A stretch of 63,017 nucleotides of DNA, filler included, from Octopus bimaculoides (GCF_001194135.2; 5 parts of 4 records of this genome joined end to end with filler, not necessarily neighbours in it); one strand, 5' to 3'; numbered from the whole stretch's first letter, positions 36,171-52,200 are shown. Notes: a model not told the origin generated them from the letters alone. A program made the numbers and translations.

Positions 36171-38339
36171 ACTACCTTTCTCTTTATAAATGTCCTATAA
36201 TAAGCGCAGGATTGGCTGTGTGGTAAGTAGCTTGCTTACAAACCACATAGTCCTGGGTTCAGTCCCACTGCATGGCACCTTGGGAAAGTGTCTTTTAATA
36301 TAACCTCGGGCAGACCAAAGCCTTGCGAGTGGATTTGGTAGATGGAAACTGGAAGAAACCCATCATATATGTATCATCATCATCATCATCATCGTTTAAC
36401 GTCCGCTTTCCATGCTAGCATGGGTTGGACGATTTGACTGAGGACTGGTGAAACCGGATGGCAACACCAGGCTCCAATCTAATTTGGCAGAGTTTCTACA
36501 GCTGGATGCCCTTATATNNNNNNNNNNNNNNNNNNNNNNNNNNNNNNNNNNNNNNNNNNNNNNNNNNNNNNNNNNNNNNNNNNNNNNNNNNNNNNNNNNN
36601 NNNNNNNNNNNNNNNNNNNNNNNNNNNNNNNNNNNNNNNNNNNNNNNNNNNNNNNNNNNNNNNNNNNNNNNNNNNNNNNNNNNNNNNNNNNNNNNNNNNN
36701 NNNNNNNNNNNNNNNNNNNNNNNNNNNNNNNNNNNNNNNNNNNNNNNNNNNNNNNNNNNNNNNNNNNNNNNNNNNNNNNNNNNNNNNNNNNNNNNNNNNN
36801 NNNNNNNNNNNNNNNNNNNNNNNNNNNNNNNNNNNNNNNNNNNNNNNNNNNNNNNNNNNNNNNNNNNNNNNNNNNNNNNNNNNNNNNNNNNNNNNNNNNN
36901 NNNNNNNNNNNNNNNNNNNNNNNNNNNNNNNNNNNNNNNNNNNNNNNNNNNNNNNNNNNNNNNNNNNNNNNNNNNNNNNNNNNNNNNNNNNNNNNNNNNN
37001 NNNNNNNNNNNNNNNNNNNNNNNNNNNNNNNTGTGTGTGTGTGTGTGTGTGTATGTGTGTGTATATACTCTTGTACTTGTTTCAGTCATTTGACTGCGGC
37101 CATGCTGGAGCACCGCCTTTAGTCGAGCAAATTGAGCCCAGGACTTATTCTTTGTAAGCCTAGTACTTATTTTATCAGTCTCTTTTTGCCAAACCACTAA
37201 GTTACGGGATGTAAACACACCAGCATCGGTTGTCAAGCGATGGTGGGGGGGGGGACAAACACAGACACACAAACACACATGCAAATATATATATATATAT
37301 ACATATATACGACGGGCTTCTTCCAGTTTCCGTCTACCAAATCCATTCACAAAGCTTTGGTCGGCCTGAGGCTATAGTGGAAGACACTTGACCAAGGTGC
37401 CNNNNNNNNNNCGGCCTGAGGCTATAGTGGAAGACACTTGACCAAGGTGCCACGCAGTGGGACTGAACCCAGAACCATGTGGTTGGTAAGCAAGCTACTT
37501 ACCACACAGCCACTCCTACGCATATTTTCAAGAAAATGTACGTTTTCTTTCATAATCTGAGACATTTGTGTTTATCATAGTCAAGCGAACATTTGATTAG
37601 TAGCAGTCTTTCAGTTTAATATCAAAAACCATAAAACAAAATACTTATAGGAAATGCTTTAATAATTTTCTTGAAAATTCTGAAAATTGACAAAAAAAAA
37701 AAAGAAAAACAGTAAAAAGAAAAATGGACAAAAACAAATCGAAAACAATAAATACTACAAGAAATTAAGAAATATGATTGCCAAATAAAAAATAATAATA
37801 ACAAACTCCCACAAGACATTTTTTCTTGTTGTTTGATTAAGTTTGACAGTAAACCATTTTGGTTTGTAAATTCTTCATTGATGTACGGCATGAGGAAAGC
37901 CATGGCAATTAAAAGACGCTGTTTATTGCCTTTTCCCTTTGTCTCAGTTATCTTAATAGGAGAGAAGCGAACATTCTGTTTAATTAAACATTGGATTTAG
38001 TTATGCGACGATGGTGATGGTGATGATGATGGCAAGTGGCGATGCCGACGATGGTGACAATGACTACAATGACAATGACAACGATGAAGATGATGACAAT
38101 GATGATGTTGATGATGATGGTGGTGGTGGTGGTGGTGATGGCAGGAGAGCTATGCCGGCACTTGAAGAAGGATAAAAGAAGACACTACTGTTTGAATTAT
38201 AATCAAAACGTCTTGGCTTTCATCCCCACCCGCGCTTACACGACATGCACTGCCCTCACTAACACACCCAGTCACCACTCTCTCTCTTTATTTCTGTCTG
38301 TCTATCTGTCTGCTTGCCTGCCTTTCTCTGTCTGTCTGT

Positions 38340-38865
<526 letters not shown>

Positions 38866-40752
38866 ACATATATTTAATGGTTAAATGACAGTGTCAATTA
38901 TGCTGAAAGTGAGTTACAACAACGCTTACCCATAATCTTTGATGATGGATAGAATTACGTTGCGTTATGACAAGCAATGGTTGATTTGATTCAATTGAGA
39001 ATGCTATTAGCCATATTTAAAGAGAAACATTTGATTCATTTGTTTTCTGCAATATTTTGGTTGATATACCTTGAATAACTGGCAGTTGAAAAAAATAATA
39101 AACACATACATGAAAATAAAACAGTAAAGAAACAAATATCATACGTATTATTATTCATGTTGGAATTTTTTTTTTGATTATTGGAACAAATACCTGTTTT
39201 TTAATTTTTTTAAAAATTTAATTTAATTTCTTTGGGTAAATTCTAACATCAATGTAATGATGATTCAACAAATTTTTCAAAATGTTCAAAGCTTTCAAAA
39301 AAAAAAAATTGCTGTATGCCTTTAAATCTATGTATATGTATATGTGTATANNNNNNNNNNNNNNNNNNNNNNNNNNNNNNNNNNNNNNNNNNNNNNNNNN
39401 NNNNNNNNNNNNNNNNNNNNNNNNNNNNNNNNNNNNNNNNNNNNNNNNNNNNNNNNNNNNNNNNNNNNNNNNNNNNNNNNNNNNNNNNNNNNNNNNNNNN
39501 NNNNNNNNNNNNNNNNNNNNNNNNNNNNNNNNNNNNNNNNNNNNNNNNNNNNNNNNNNNNNNNNNNNNNNNNNNNNNNNNNNNNNNNNNNNNNNNNNNNN
39601 NNNNNNNNNNNNNNNNNNNNNNNNNNNNNNNNNNNNNNNNNNNNNNNNNNNNNNNNNNNNNNNNNNNNATGTCAATGTGAGGACAGGCAGAGACAAACTC
39701 ACACACAATACGCAATGCATACACATACACACACACAGTGGGCTTCTCTGCATTTCTGCTTACCAAATTTCATTCACAAGGTATTAGTCAATGTGAAGCC
39801 ATATCTTTCGTCCTTTACTTGTCCTAGTTGTTAGACTGTGGCCATTCTGGGGCACCGCCTTGAAGAATTGTTTTGTCATATGAGTCAACCCTAAAGCTTT
39901 TGATTTTCTTCTTAGCCTGGTACTTATTCTCTCTCTCATACACCCCCCCCCCNNNNNNNNNNNNNNNNNNNNNNNNNNNNNNNNNACACACACTCACACA
40001 CATATATATATATATGAATGATAACAATAAATGGAGCAAAATGCATATAAATAAAAGTTCCTTTAATTCCTGCACATGTTTCAAAATATATGTGTTCTCT
40101 CCTGCAAAGAAGTAAGAGTTGCTGGAATTCCACATATATTCATCGTCAGGGAACCAACATATAAAAGCAAGACAAATATATATATATATATAGTCCCACC
40201 CATGCCAGTATGGAAGGTGGACATTAAACAATGATGATGATGCTNNNNNNNNNNGGACTGGTGAAACCGGATGGCAACACCAGGCTCCAGTCTGATTTGG
40301 CAGAGTTTCTACAGCTGGATGCCCTTCCATGTTTATATATATGTACACACACACATAGTTTTATAGTTGTTTCAGTCATTTGACTGTGGCCATGCTGGTG
40401 CACTGTCTTTAGTCGAATAAATCAACTCCAGGACTTATTCTTTGTAAGCCTAGTACTTATTCTATCAGTCTCCTCTGCTGAACTACGAAGTTACAGGGAT
40501 GTAAACACCAACATCAGTTGCCGAGTCATGGTGCGTGGACAAAAGACACACACACACACATAAATATATACATACTTATATATTCGATGGGCTTCTTTTC
40601 AGTTTCCGTCTACCAAATCTACTCACAAGGCTTTGGTTGGCCTGAGGCTATAGTAGAAGACACTCGCCCAAAGTATCATGTAGTGGGATTGAACCTGGAA
40701 CCATGTGGTTTTGGAAGCAAGCTTCTTACCACATAGTCATACCTACACACAC

Positions 40753-40802
<50 letters not shown>

Positions 40803-41730
40803 ATATATATATATATAGAAGCACCTGTGCTGGCACCACATAAAAAGCACCCAGTACACTCTGTAAAGTGGTTGGCATTAAGAAGAGCATCCAGCCATAA
40901 GAACCATACCAAAACAGACACTGGAGCCTGGTTCAAGCCATCCATCCATCTTACCAGCTCATGTCAAACCTTTCAGCTCATGCCAGCATGGAAAACGTTT
41001 GTTAGATGATGATGATAATAATAATGATGATGATGATGATAATGATATCCAAATTCAAGAAAGTATCTAAATTTAGTGGGTATTTCTAAATATATTCATG
41101 GAGTATTATCCAAATTCAAGAAGTAATTCAAGAACAGTGAAGAGTGAATGATGAGATCAGAGAATATTGAAAACAAATTTTCCTGGGTTGAGCATGTTGA
41201 AGGTTCACAGACGACAGGGAACTTGTACTGTCGTTAAGTGTTATCCAAGAGATTGGAAGAGACCACTCAGAAGACTGCCATGACGATGGGAAGACAATGT
41301 AGTCAAAGAATTTGGACCCAAATGGAGGAGAAAGGTGCAATCAAGTGAAGAATAAAAGTGAGCTGTGATGAGCAATGTATAAGGACATTTGATTGTCTGC
41401 TTCTTAAGGAGATAAAGGGATTATAATATTTGGTTTGTTTGTCTGTTTCAGCTAAATAGAATTGAAGAATAATACGAATGAATATGGGTGTTCCATAAAT
41501 TTCTGCTGCAAGTCTTGAACTGAATAGTCCAGCTTAGAATTTATAAATTCTCTGGTTCTTTACAGCTTGCAAATTCTGTATTTTACTAATGACCAAAATA
41601 GAAAAATTCCGTGTTAATGTTTTTCCTGTAAAGCTGCAAAAGTCTTTGATTATGTTACTTTAGAATATTCTATAAAAGGGGGGGAACTTGCTGGTTGGCT
41701 ACTTTCAAATCAATGGTTCTGTTTAAATTG

Positions 41731-41765
<35 letters not shown>

Positions 41766-42826
41766 TGGTGGTGGTGGTGGTGGTGGGAGCTTGGTGAAAA
41801 TGGTATGAAATTAGTGTGAAGAAGACGATTCTGGCTGTAAATGCAGTGCATTATGAATAAATGTATTTAATATAGCATGACAGCAGCTGGACTGAGTGAT
41901 TTAAAAGTGAACGAGTGGAGACTGAGTGACGAGTCTTTTTACGTTATGAGAGGCTATGAAAGGGATTTATTAGAGGATGACCTGGAATGAATTCATTAGG
42001 TCTTAGACAGGGAGAGAAAACATGTGTGCGGGTGCTTGTGTGTGTGTGTGTGTGAGTGCAAGAGGATGCTGTCAGTATTACATGAGAAAACAGTGTCATT
42101 AATATGAAAAGGATGTCAGGATTGCTTTGTATACAACAGAAAAGAAAGCGAGCAAGGGAGAGAGAGAGAGAGAGAGAGAGAGAAAGGGAGAGAGAGGTAC
42201 ACTGCGGTTATTCATATATTGATGATACTGTCTTCGTTGTTTAGTTTCAGTTCGATTTTGATTAAAAAATCTATCATCTAAATCAAGGGGTCTCCAAAGT
42301 GGTCGATTGGACTATTCAAGGGGCCAGTACATGTACATCTATTTATTATTATTATTTATTTATTTTCTTGTGCATGCCTGATGGGGGGGGGGTTGATGAG
42401 GGGGTCAAGGATTCCGTGAATGGGTTGATGGGCTAAATAGCTTGGGGACCCCTGATCTGAAGCATAAATCCTCAACCATTTTTACATATGGACCTCTTTG
42501 ATTTCTATTTTAACCTGGTGGGCCCCTACAGCTGTTTGACAGCTTAGAAAGATCCTCTTATATTTCTACAATTAAATATTATTAGGAATTGTATTCTTTT
42601 ACTCTTTTACTTGTTTCAGTCTTTTGACTGCGGCCATGCTGGAGCACTGCCTTTAGTCGAGCAAATCAACCCCAGGACTTATTCTTTGTAAGCCTAGTAC
42701 TTATTCTATTGGTCTCTTTTGCCGAACCGTGAAGTTATGGGGACGTAAACACACCAGCATCGGTTGTCAAGTGATGTTGAGGGGACAAACACAGACACAC
42801 AAACATATACACACACACACACACAC

Positions 42827-42865
<39 letters not shown>

Positions 42866-42964
42866 NNNNNNNNNNNNNNNNNNNNNNNNNNNNNNNNNNN
42901 NNNNNNNNNTTAATTAATTAANNNNNNNNNNNNNNNNNNNNNNNNNNNNNNNNNNNNNNNNNNN

Positions 42965-43190
42965 NCGGACTGGAGGCGCCGAAAAGCTCGGAGAATGGAG
43001 CGTTGGAGGGGTAGGGTGGTGGGATGGTAGGTGAGGGGAAAAGGGAGGCGGGAAACGGCAGGGCGGGTTCGGGTTGAGAGAGCAGATGCACGGTCCACAG
43101 AACGTGCTCTGGCAAGGGCGGTGTGGATGGTGGTGGGTGGATATCCACGCAGGCTAAAGTGGTGAACGATGGAGTTATACCCATCATATT
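42965..43190 (-). pseudogene. Fragment of a second, GC-rich Penelope-like ORF (RT thumb/linker)
   Basis: HFSLRGYPPTTIHTALARARSVDRASAL...RLPFPLTYHP...LQRSILRAFRRLQS, typical RGYP...LTYHP region of PLEs. Confidence 0.75.
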
Positions 43191-43605
43191 TCACTGTGAA
43201 ATTAGGTCTGTGAAGTTCTTTTTGGTAGATTGAGATGAGAAAAACTCATCAGAATTTGCTTGGCTCTTCTTCAAGATAACAGAACGAAGGCTATTTCAGC
43301 ATTTTGGAAGGAGGAGATATGTGAAACTTAATCAGTTGTTAAATAACACAACTGGTTGTCACAATCCCCATCTAAAGCCGTCCAAAAGGTGTCACTTCAA
43401 TGGGTCTAATTTCAGAGGGGGACAAAGTATATATAGAGATGACTCATTATAATTATTTATAATTCACACGACAGTGGGGCTGTAGTAATGACTAGAGCTT
43501 ATCAAAGACAAAACATATATAAATATAATTTTATCGCTCTACTTTGTTATTAAAAGACTTTCATTATCTTCCTGTTTGAACACATGACATAGTTTCAAAT
43601 AAACT

Positions 43606-44215
43606 AGAAAGTTCGGATCTTTTTTAAAACGGGAGCCACATTTTTCATTAACGAAACACTTTGAAACTTGGAACACTGGTAGAATGTGTCATATAAAACA
43701 TCTTTTTCTCTTAGTCTTCTTAAAAAAAAAAGAAATCCCTAAGTTATTCCATGTTAAAGTTGTCGTATTTCTGTAATTTCAACCAATCACTGATGTCCAT
43801 TCAGCCGATATACATTAAGTGCCGACTACATAAACAAACGATTCTGAAACAATTCTATCGGTGATAGGGTTAGGGTAAAACAGCAAATTTTAAAAGAAAA
43901 AAGCAAATAAAACGAAGAAAAAAAAAGAAAATGAAAAAAGCAAATTTAAAATGAAAAAAGCAAATAAAACGAAGCTATGGCTTAATCAGCCAAAGGAGCA
44001 AATGTAAACAACTGAATACTTGTCAGTGATTGGTTGAAATTATCGAAATAAGACAATTTTTTACATGAAATAAATTCGAATACAAAAATATTTTTCTGTT
44101 CTATAACACAAAATAGATAAGTATACGAAGTTTGAAAGTCTTTCGGTACCAAAAACATTACGTAAAACATTAATGAAAAATGTGGCCCCCGTTTTAAAAA
44201 AGATCCGAAAGTTCT
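43606..44215. mobile_element. MITE with ~46-bp TIRs (possibly PIF/Harbinger-type)
   Basis: agaaagttcggatcttttttaaaacgggagccacatttttcattaa versus ttaatgaaaaatgtggcccccgttttaaaaaagatccgaaagttct; CTA/TTA at the flanks; agggttaggg core. Confidence 0.8.
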
Positions 44216-44769
44216 TATTGACATTTGCTATTTTTTAAAATTTTTATACAAGGACATAATACAAAAAAAATATTGCAAGTGAGAGATGTCAACTGAAATA
44301 TCAAATGTAATGCATATGTGAGAGAAAGAGATTGCTATGAAATTCAGTTCGGGTAAATAAGAGATGCATGCCAAATATAATTACTAGAATTTATGTAGAA
44401 TAGTGGTGATTTGCACTATTGTTGAAAACTGCCTGTTCTCACAGAATAAGACCAAGCCAATAACAAAGCTTCGATCGATGCAGTTGCTTTGCCTGCACAC
44501 AGTTGCAGCTAAATCTCTCTCCAATTAGATCCTATTATTTTAAAGATAAAAGGACACTTTGAACAAAATACTCCTTGATGTACAAAAGGACAGGCTGGTC
44601 GAAGCTTTGATTATAAATCTGTTCAATTAGAATTGACCTGTGACCAAACAGCAGCAGCAACAGTAACATTTCAGTTGTTTTAGATTTTTACATACCTGCA
44701 TATGTAGACACTATGAGTGGATGATCTTGATCAACTTCAGAAAATGAGTCTCTGTTTACATTCTCCCAG

Positions 44770-44805
44770 ATGTTGAGAAAAAACGAAGACATTTCTCTTT
44801 ATGCA
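44770..44805 (+). CDS. Candidate exon (36 nt): MLRKNEDISLYA (or VEKKRRHFSLC)
   Basis: ctctgtttacattctcccAG acceptor and CA|GTAAGT consensus donor. Confidence 0.5.
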
Positions 44806-45476
44806 GTAAGTATATACACAATAGACAGATAGACATACAATTTTAATAAATGGCAAAACAATACTACACCATTCACTGGTTTACTGGTAAACAAATAACT
44901 AAAATGAACTTTACTTCCTTTTCATTGTATGCTGGGGTGAGGTGAAAGTCATAATGATGATGGTGGTAGGAGTGATATTGTTTTTTTTCTTATGATTTCA
45001 GTTTGTTGTACAACAGTTTTGTTCTGTACTCACCCACATCCCCATAAATTATCAGCATTTGTCACATTCACATGAACACTTATGCACATGCACAGACACA
45101 CACACACACACACACACAATGTCAATGTCAGAAATGTAATTTTAAAAAATATGACCTCTGAAATCAGTTAAAATAAAGATCCTTGTCATTATCACCACCA
45201 CCACCATCACTATTATTATTAACTACCTCCAAACCCACCATCACCTTCATAATCACAACCACTGAACTAATGATAAAGCCTCTATGCAGTCACTTAACCT
45301 ACTAGAAATAACAGCAAAATACCCACGAAGGTGAAGGGCATATTAGTCAATGTAGCTCTAGAGGTACACATAAAGACGGAAGTACCATTGATGAAAAATC
45401 TTTGATCATACATCTGCTCAATCAGGATTGACCCAGGGTTAAAAACATCACCACCACCACCAGCTACAACAGTTTC

Positions 45477-45518
<42 letters not shown>

Positions 45519-46068
45519 TCAACAACTGTGATTTAATTTATCATTTTGTTTTTGTTTTTGTTTTCTTGTTATCAACAATGAGCAATGTGTTGAAGTATGG
45601 TTTTAATCACTATTAGAAGCAACAAAACGCATGGGGAGAGAGAAAGAGAATGTGAGAAAGAAAGAGAAAGATAGACAAAACTTAGAGAAAGAGAAAGAGG
45701 GAAAAGAACAATGAGAGAGTAAGAGAGGAATAATTAGTGAGGTAGGAGAAGACCACTATTATTGAAATATCAAATTTATGCAGGGAAGATGAAGAGCAAG
45801 TGTCTTCTACTATAGCCTCGGGCTGACCAAAGCCTTGAGTGGGTTTGGTAGACAGAAACTGAAAGAAGCCCATCGTGTGTGTGTGTGAGTGTGTGTCCAC
45901 CATCACTTGACAACCGATGTTGTGTGTTTATGTCCCTGTAACTTAGTGGTTTGGCAAAAGAGACCAATAGGGTAAGTACTGGGCTTACAAAGGGGTCGAT
46001 TTGTTCGACTAAAGGCAATGTTTCAGCATGGCTGCAGTCAAATGACTGAAATAAATACAAGAATAAAA

Positions 46069-46149
<81 letters not shown>

Positions 46150-47899
46150 GTTTCTGTCTACCAAATCCACTCACAAGGTGCCATGCAGTGGAATTGAACC
46201 TGAAACTACGTGGTTGGGAAGCAAACTTCTTACCACACAGCCGCAATTCATTGTAAAATACAAATGTCTTATAACACTGTTGGCATGAAGGTTGGAGTTC
46301 AGTTCCACTGTCATGGAATGAAACAATTGAGAAAAAAAATCTCTTCTTGGATAAAACATTCCATTTTTGGTGCCTATTCCGGTGAAAGAGACTCTATGCT
46401 GTTGCTTGATATGTTAGAATTAACAACCATCTACTCCTCAAATCATCACATCCTACCATCTTTAAAAAAATGGACACATTAGACAGTTTGGTCACAAATA
46501 TATGGAAGGAAACAAAAATTGGTGATCACAACTGGAATGTTTTTGATCAAAGGACTGCTTGATCAGGGCTGGTCTGAGGCGAAATAAGTTGAACTGAGGT
46601 TATGCAGAATAAAAAATTTTACCAAAAATACAACAAAACACCTGCACTGTGTTTGAACTACCAACCTGTGAGTAGATAATCCAATACCATAGTTATATAT
46701 TGAAATGAGAGTGTTGATGATGGCTAAAATGGTATAGTACCAGGGAGGCAACCAGCCAAGTAGTTGACAGTTCTGGCAAGAGCACATCTCCAGTAAAGAC
46801 TGCATCACAAAGACAGACCTTCCTCTTCAGGGACAATAAATGCTTTAGACTCCAGCAATTGTTTTAAATTTGGGCACAAAGCAAGCAATTTTTGGAGTAG
46901 GAAGTTAGTTAATACTGTCAACCTCAATATTGACTGGCACTTTATTTTATTGACCTGAAAAGGATGAAAAGCAAAGTAGATCTCAGCAGATCCAACAATA
47001 TGTTGAACAAAATCAAACCTTCTGACCCAAACTGTTGGATCCTGTCTGTCTAGCATGGAAAGCAGATGTAAAAATTATGATGATGATGGATAAACACAGT
47101 TGTATTTCATGGACTAATCTAATAAGCATTTTATTTTCAATTTTCCAATACTAGCATAATTTCCCATCTCACCATCTGCCACACCTCTTGTAGGGGGCCT
47201 TCATCACCTGGCACACAAAAATAGAGTTACACCAGCCAATTCTGTTGTGTATGTCACTGTTTTGGTGTTTAGTCTTTTTTTTATAATGTATGTCATTCCT
47301 CTCACCAACCACTTTACAACATTCATTAGATGTATTGTACCACTAGCACTAGAAAAGTTTTTCCCATCAAAAATAAGGAATCTGCTCTCCCCTACATTGC
47401 CTCTGTTCATTCCATCCATTTTGGTGTGTGTTTTTTACAGATGAACGCCCTTCCTAACACTAAACAATACACAGCATGGAATCATAATGAATGTAAAATA
47501 ATTTAATATATTTAAGCTTAAAATGTAGATGCAAACACAATGGATATATGAAAGGGATTCAAATGAAAATACCCATAAAAATTTTCTACCGGGTTTACTC
47601 ATTTTTTATTCTATTTTGTACACCCACTAACATCTACTCTTCTTGAAAATACAAAATCTGTGTGACATGCAAAATAGAATTACACATTGAGAGAGCCTCC
47701 TTTATTTCTTCCTCACTATAGTATTACAATTAACAATTCTAGAAATAATACTATTTCATCATGAAAGGGTGACAGTGAGGTAGAGATTGAAGAGTGTTGA
47801 GCTATTTACCAACAGTTTTCAATACTGTCAATCCACACTTACATTCTTTAAAGCTGTCTTTTGTCCCAAACAATGCTCAAGGCCACTGTAGTGTGACTA

Positions 47900-48810
47900 C
47901 AAAAAAGGAAAAGAAGAGGCCTTCAAATTCAAACAATATCAACTGACAAAAAACTTAAAGGATTAGATATCATAGATCAGAGGAAAACAAGATGTTGGAA
48001 GTGAGTTCCAGTGAGCAGCAGCGGAAGGAAAAAAGCTATCAGGATAAAAGGACTTATGACTAACAGGAAACTTGACCGAGAAACAATGTGCTTGAGAATG
48101 GAAGCAGACAACATGTTTAATGGTCTTAACAGAAGGTTCATCAGAACAATGACTACTTCAATGGAAATACTTACACATTTCAAAAATGAACCAAACGACT
48201 CCAGCCTAATACAAAAAAGAGGACCTGCCGTATTAATAATTCAGTTCTGAACTTGATTGAGCAAGTTAAGACACTCAGATGAGATACCAGCACAAAAATT
48301 ACAGCAATACTCAATACAAAGTTGAATGTGGCCTTACAGAGATACAAGATACCTTCAGCTAAGAAATTTGTGAGCACTGAAGAGAGATCCAGCCTTCTTG
48401 GTAACCAAAATGGCAATACACTGAATATATTTCTTCTAAGAGAGAACTTTAGCCAAATTCAAACTCAAACCAAGAATTTGGATACTGTAGCTTTCTGAAA
48501 GATCAACCCCACTCATAGCAATGACATAAAGCAATGGCTGCCTATAACAATTAATTAACAAGGGGTTTGTCTTGCCAACATTAAAAGCCACCAGCCAGTC
48601 ACCAACCCCACTCCACGACTAAATAAAGTCCACCCTCAAGTACGGCAATTTGTTCATGATGACTAATTTTGTCATGACAGGAGTAAACAGCAGTATCATC
48701 AGCATAGATGGCAAGTTTAGAAATATGATCTGGAAAGTCATCAGAGAAAAGGAGGGAAATAGGTAGGACCAAGTACAGAACATTGAGGCACTCAGAATCT
48801 ATTAATATCA
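47900..48810 (-). pseudogene. 5'-truncated CR1/L2-group LINE (RT C-terminal half), decayed
   Basis: Frameshifted GVPQ.SVLGPT-like, DDFPDHISKLAIYADDT, and SFFPSAAAHWNSLP near the 3' end. Confidence 0.8.
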
Positions 48811-49145
48811 ACCCAAATGAAAAATATCCACAGCATAAAAAAATTTGTGACTATAAATGAATTTAAAGAAAATCATAGCACTTATCTGCTAGAAATAGCA
48901 GGCAAATCTCTCTCAAAATCACACATTTAATGTTCAGCACTTTCAGAGAGGAGGGTTAATTGAATAGAGAAATAATAACATTAATATATATTAATAACAA
49001 GGGTGAAAAAGAGAATATAGATCTTCCAGTAATCCCATCAAATTCCATTCATAAATTACTAAACTAAAATTAAGGGTGAACAGATATAATGAAAGACGCC
49101 AGGTATCTTTATGTAAATGACTGGCACAATTTTATTTATAAACAG

Positions 49146-49229
49146 ACTTCTGCTACTTCAACTCAGCATCTAGAAAATGAGAAGTCAGCGAATTCCGATG
49201 TGTTGTTAAATAACAATGAAACAGTTTAG
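49146..49229 (+). CDS. Candidate terminal coding exon: TSATSTQHLENEKSANSDVLLNNNETV*
   Basis: ttttatttataaacAG acceptor; open phase-0 frame to TAG; followed by long unique UTR-like sequence. Confidence 0.4.
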   Translation, partial: TSATSTQHLENEKSANSDVLLNNNETV

Positions 49230-52200
49230 TTCGATCCTCGTTCTACGCTACTGAAAAGACCTGTGTTCTTACAACGTTGTTAAATTTCACAGAAAAGACG
49301 TATGTAATTCCAAGTACTTATTTTCTGTAAGAGAGATAACTCATAAAATATTAAAATATTTCAGTTGTCTCCCTTTAAAATAGCGAGCTGGGGTATTTAA
49401 TTATATTTTGTTGTTCTAAATGAACTTGTAAAAAAATTTTGTTTGAGCATTTACTTCCAGAGTTGCGTTATTGGAACCCCATCGATTTTCTTTTCTAGAC
49501 ATATCCATCCACCAAGACTGCGTTCTAACCCAAGCGATATATTCTATGAGCTCTGAAAAGAATTCGTGTCCACACAATAAGACAGTTATACTTCACTGCA
49601 CTACACCACATGTATTAGTGTGGGCGTGAGAAAGACTTAGTCGTTAGATTACCTGTCAAATAGCGAAGAGGTCAGCAATTCATATTCTGACATTGACACA
49701 ACATTCAAATAGCTCAGTTCATTTAGTTGCAACCAAGTACCACAAAGTTAAGAATACCCCATTACTATAAGCATTTGTAACACTTTAAACAATATCATTG
49801 AATTGTTAACTTCAAGCAGCACTGAGTTCAATTCCACCTGCAGGGCATAACCTGTAGAACAATAGTTTCCACCAAGCCAACCTCAATTCAACAAAGTAAC
49901 CACTATGCAGTCGCTAGCCCAGCTAGCAATAGCAGGCAAATCTCTCTCAAATCACACATTACTTAAAAGAAGGAACACATTGCACAACATAGCCCTAGAT
50001 ACGAAAATAGAAAATTGTCATACAGAAACGCATTTGATCAATATCTACTTATCCAATTAGATTTGAATTTCATGACCAAAACACTCTTGATCATAGGTTT
50101 CTTGATTCAAAAGCATGGGTCTTTCTGTTGATCAGGATTGACTTGAGGTTAAACAACAATAACCAAGGCATCTTACCTTCATAAATGAAGACAAAGTCCT
50201 CGGTGGTGCTACTGTAACCCAATGGGTTATAAGATACACCTTACATTAATTAAACTCACTACTCTCCATGACTTCATTTTCTAAATACACAATGATAGCA
50301 TTAGCATAGGTGCCAGGTTGTTGAATTGAACATGAAACAATATGTTTGCTAAGGAAAAATTATTAACCACATGGCACAAGCATGGCTGTGTGCTAAGAAG
50401 TCAACTTCCAGACAAGTGTCCTCTTCTATCGCCCCTTGCCCACAAAAGCCTTGTGAGCTGATGTGATAGACGGAAACTATGTGTGTTGCTGTTTCCATGT
50501 CTGGATATCGTATGATAGTTGTAAGCACGTGTCATTGTTATGCAAGCAGTCTCTTTTGTTTCCAATCTTCCATGAAAACATGTTTGACCATGGGGAAACA
50601 TAACCTTACGTGGAAACAGGTGAGGGTTGTGACAGGAACGGCACATGGATGCAGAAAATCTGCCTCAATAGATTCAGTGCTACCCATGCAAGCATGGAAA
50701 ATTGGATGTTAAAATGATGGTGGCTTTCTTTTTTACCTGCAGAAGTATTAAATTCTATTGTTAAGAATGCAGCAAACCAAATCCAAACACTCAGTCTTCA
50801 GTGTAATGGCAATGCTAGTAATGTATAAAGTGATATATTTATATTGTTGTTTTGTCCCAGATCAACCCTGCCTAAGTAGAATCATATTAAAGACATTGTT
50901 CCAGTTGTGTCCATCTGGTCAATTTTTTGTGTTGTTTTTGTCTTGTTTTTTTTTTCTCTCAGACTCGTCTTTGTTTAACAATGTTGGGGTGTATTTTGAG
51001 AAAAATAATCAGTTCACAACTTGATTTGTTGTGAGGAAATGGTAAATCTATTGACAGACCTAGTTCTATTTCTAGCATATTAACACAAAAGTTCTCTCAA
51101 AGCCTACTGACAACTGCTTTGTTCTAACCTGTTTTACAAGTGTATTAATTTAACTAATTCTTTTATTGATTGCAACAACTTGGGTGTGGCATTACTGGGG
51201 CATGGCTCCACCACCACTATAAGTCATGCTTTTGCTCAAATAAAATAATAAAAATTTAAATAAACAACATTGGCACTTTCACTTCTTTTGTATCTAAAAT
51301 ATGAAAGAACAGCTATAACTGATCTAGAATATAGAGACATACACCAATACAGAAAAGTGGAAAATGAATGATGATAATCAAAATGATAATCACAATGAAC
51401 AAGTATGAGATAAAAGTACCCTATTGGCAACATCGTCACAAGTTCAAACCTTACTATTTTTGACTCAGCAATGAATCCCCAGGCAACAAAATCGACCCCA
51501 TACATGCAGACATGGAAAAGTTATGGTAAAAAAAAAAAATTAAAAAAAGACATTTTTTTAATACATACTATGCTGTCATCATATATAAATATAATTTTAT
51601 ATCTACCTTGTAATCAGGTTTATCATATCTGATGAATTACATTAGTTAAATTATACAGCAGGCAATTTACACAACAAAGCAAGATTGAATATGTGTGCGT
51701 GAGTAGTGTTTTGAAACATTTTTTATTGCAAACAAAAAAACCAATATATTTTGGTTATCTTAGGTTGAAATGGATCGACAGTAAGAGACAAGAACAGAGA
51801 TGATAAAACAATTAGTAACATTTTTAGCTAAACTAAGAACCAACTTCCCTCAAGATGTGTGCTAGTTGAGCTCAAGTTAGGGTTTAAATATATTTCCTTC
51901 TGGACAATTATTTTAATCCATCTCTGTTTAAATTAAATTATCTCTGAAAGACATGGTTATTTGAGAGTTGGAAATCAAGTTTAGTCCTCAATAACTGCTT
52001 ACAATGTCCATTTGTGTCTTTTTCTTCAGTACTCTCCATGAACACTATATTGTACATTTATTACACAAAAATCCTAAATCACATTAAGAAGCCATCATCT
52101 TGACATGGAAGCTCTCACTCATCAGCTCCTTACAACTATTCAATTGTATTCTCTCTCTCTCTTCTACTATAACTACAACAACCATTCTCCTTCTGAAGAG

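Noticed and set aside
37362-37451. 40-bp direct repeat around a 10-N gap
   Set aside because: Exact duplicate on both sides of a gap: unmerged contig overlap.
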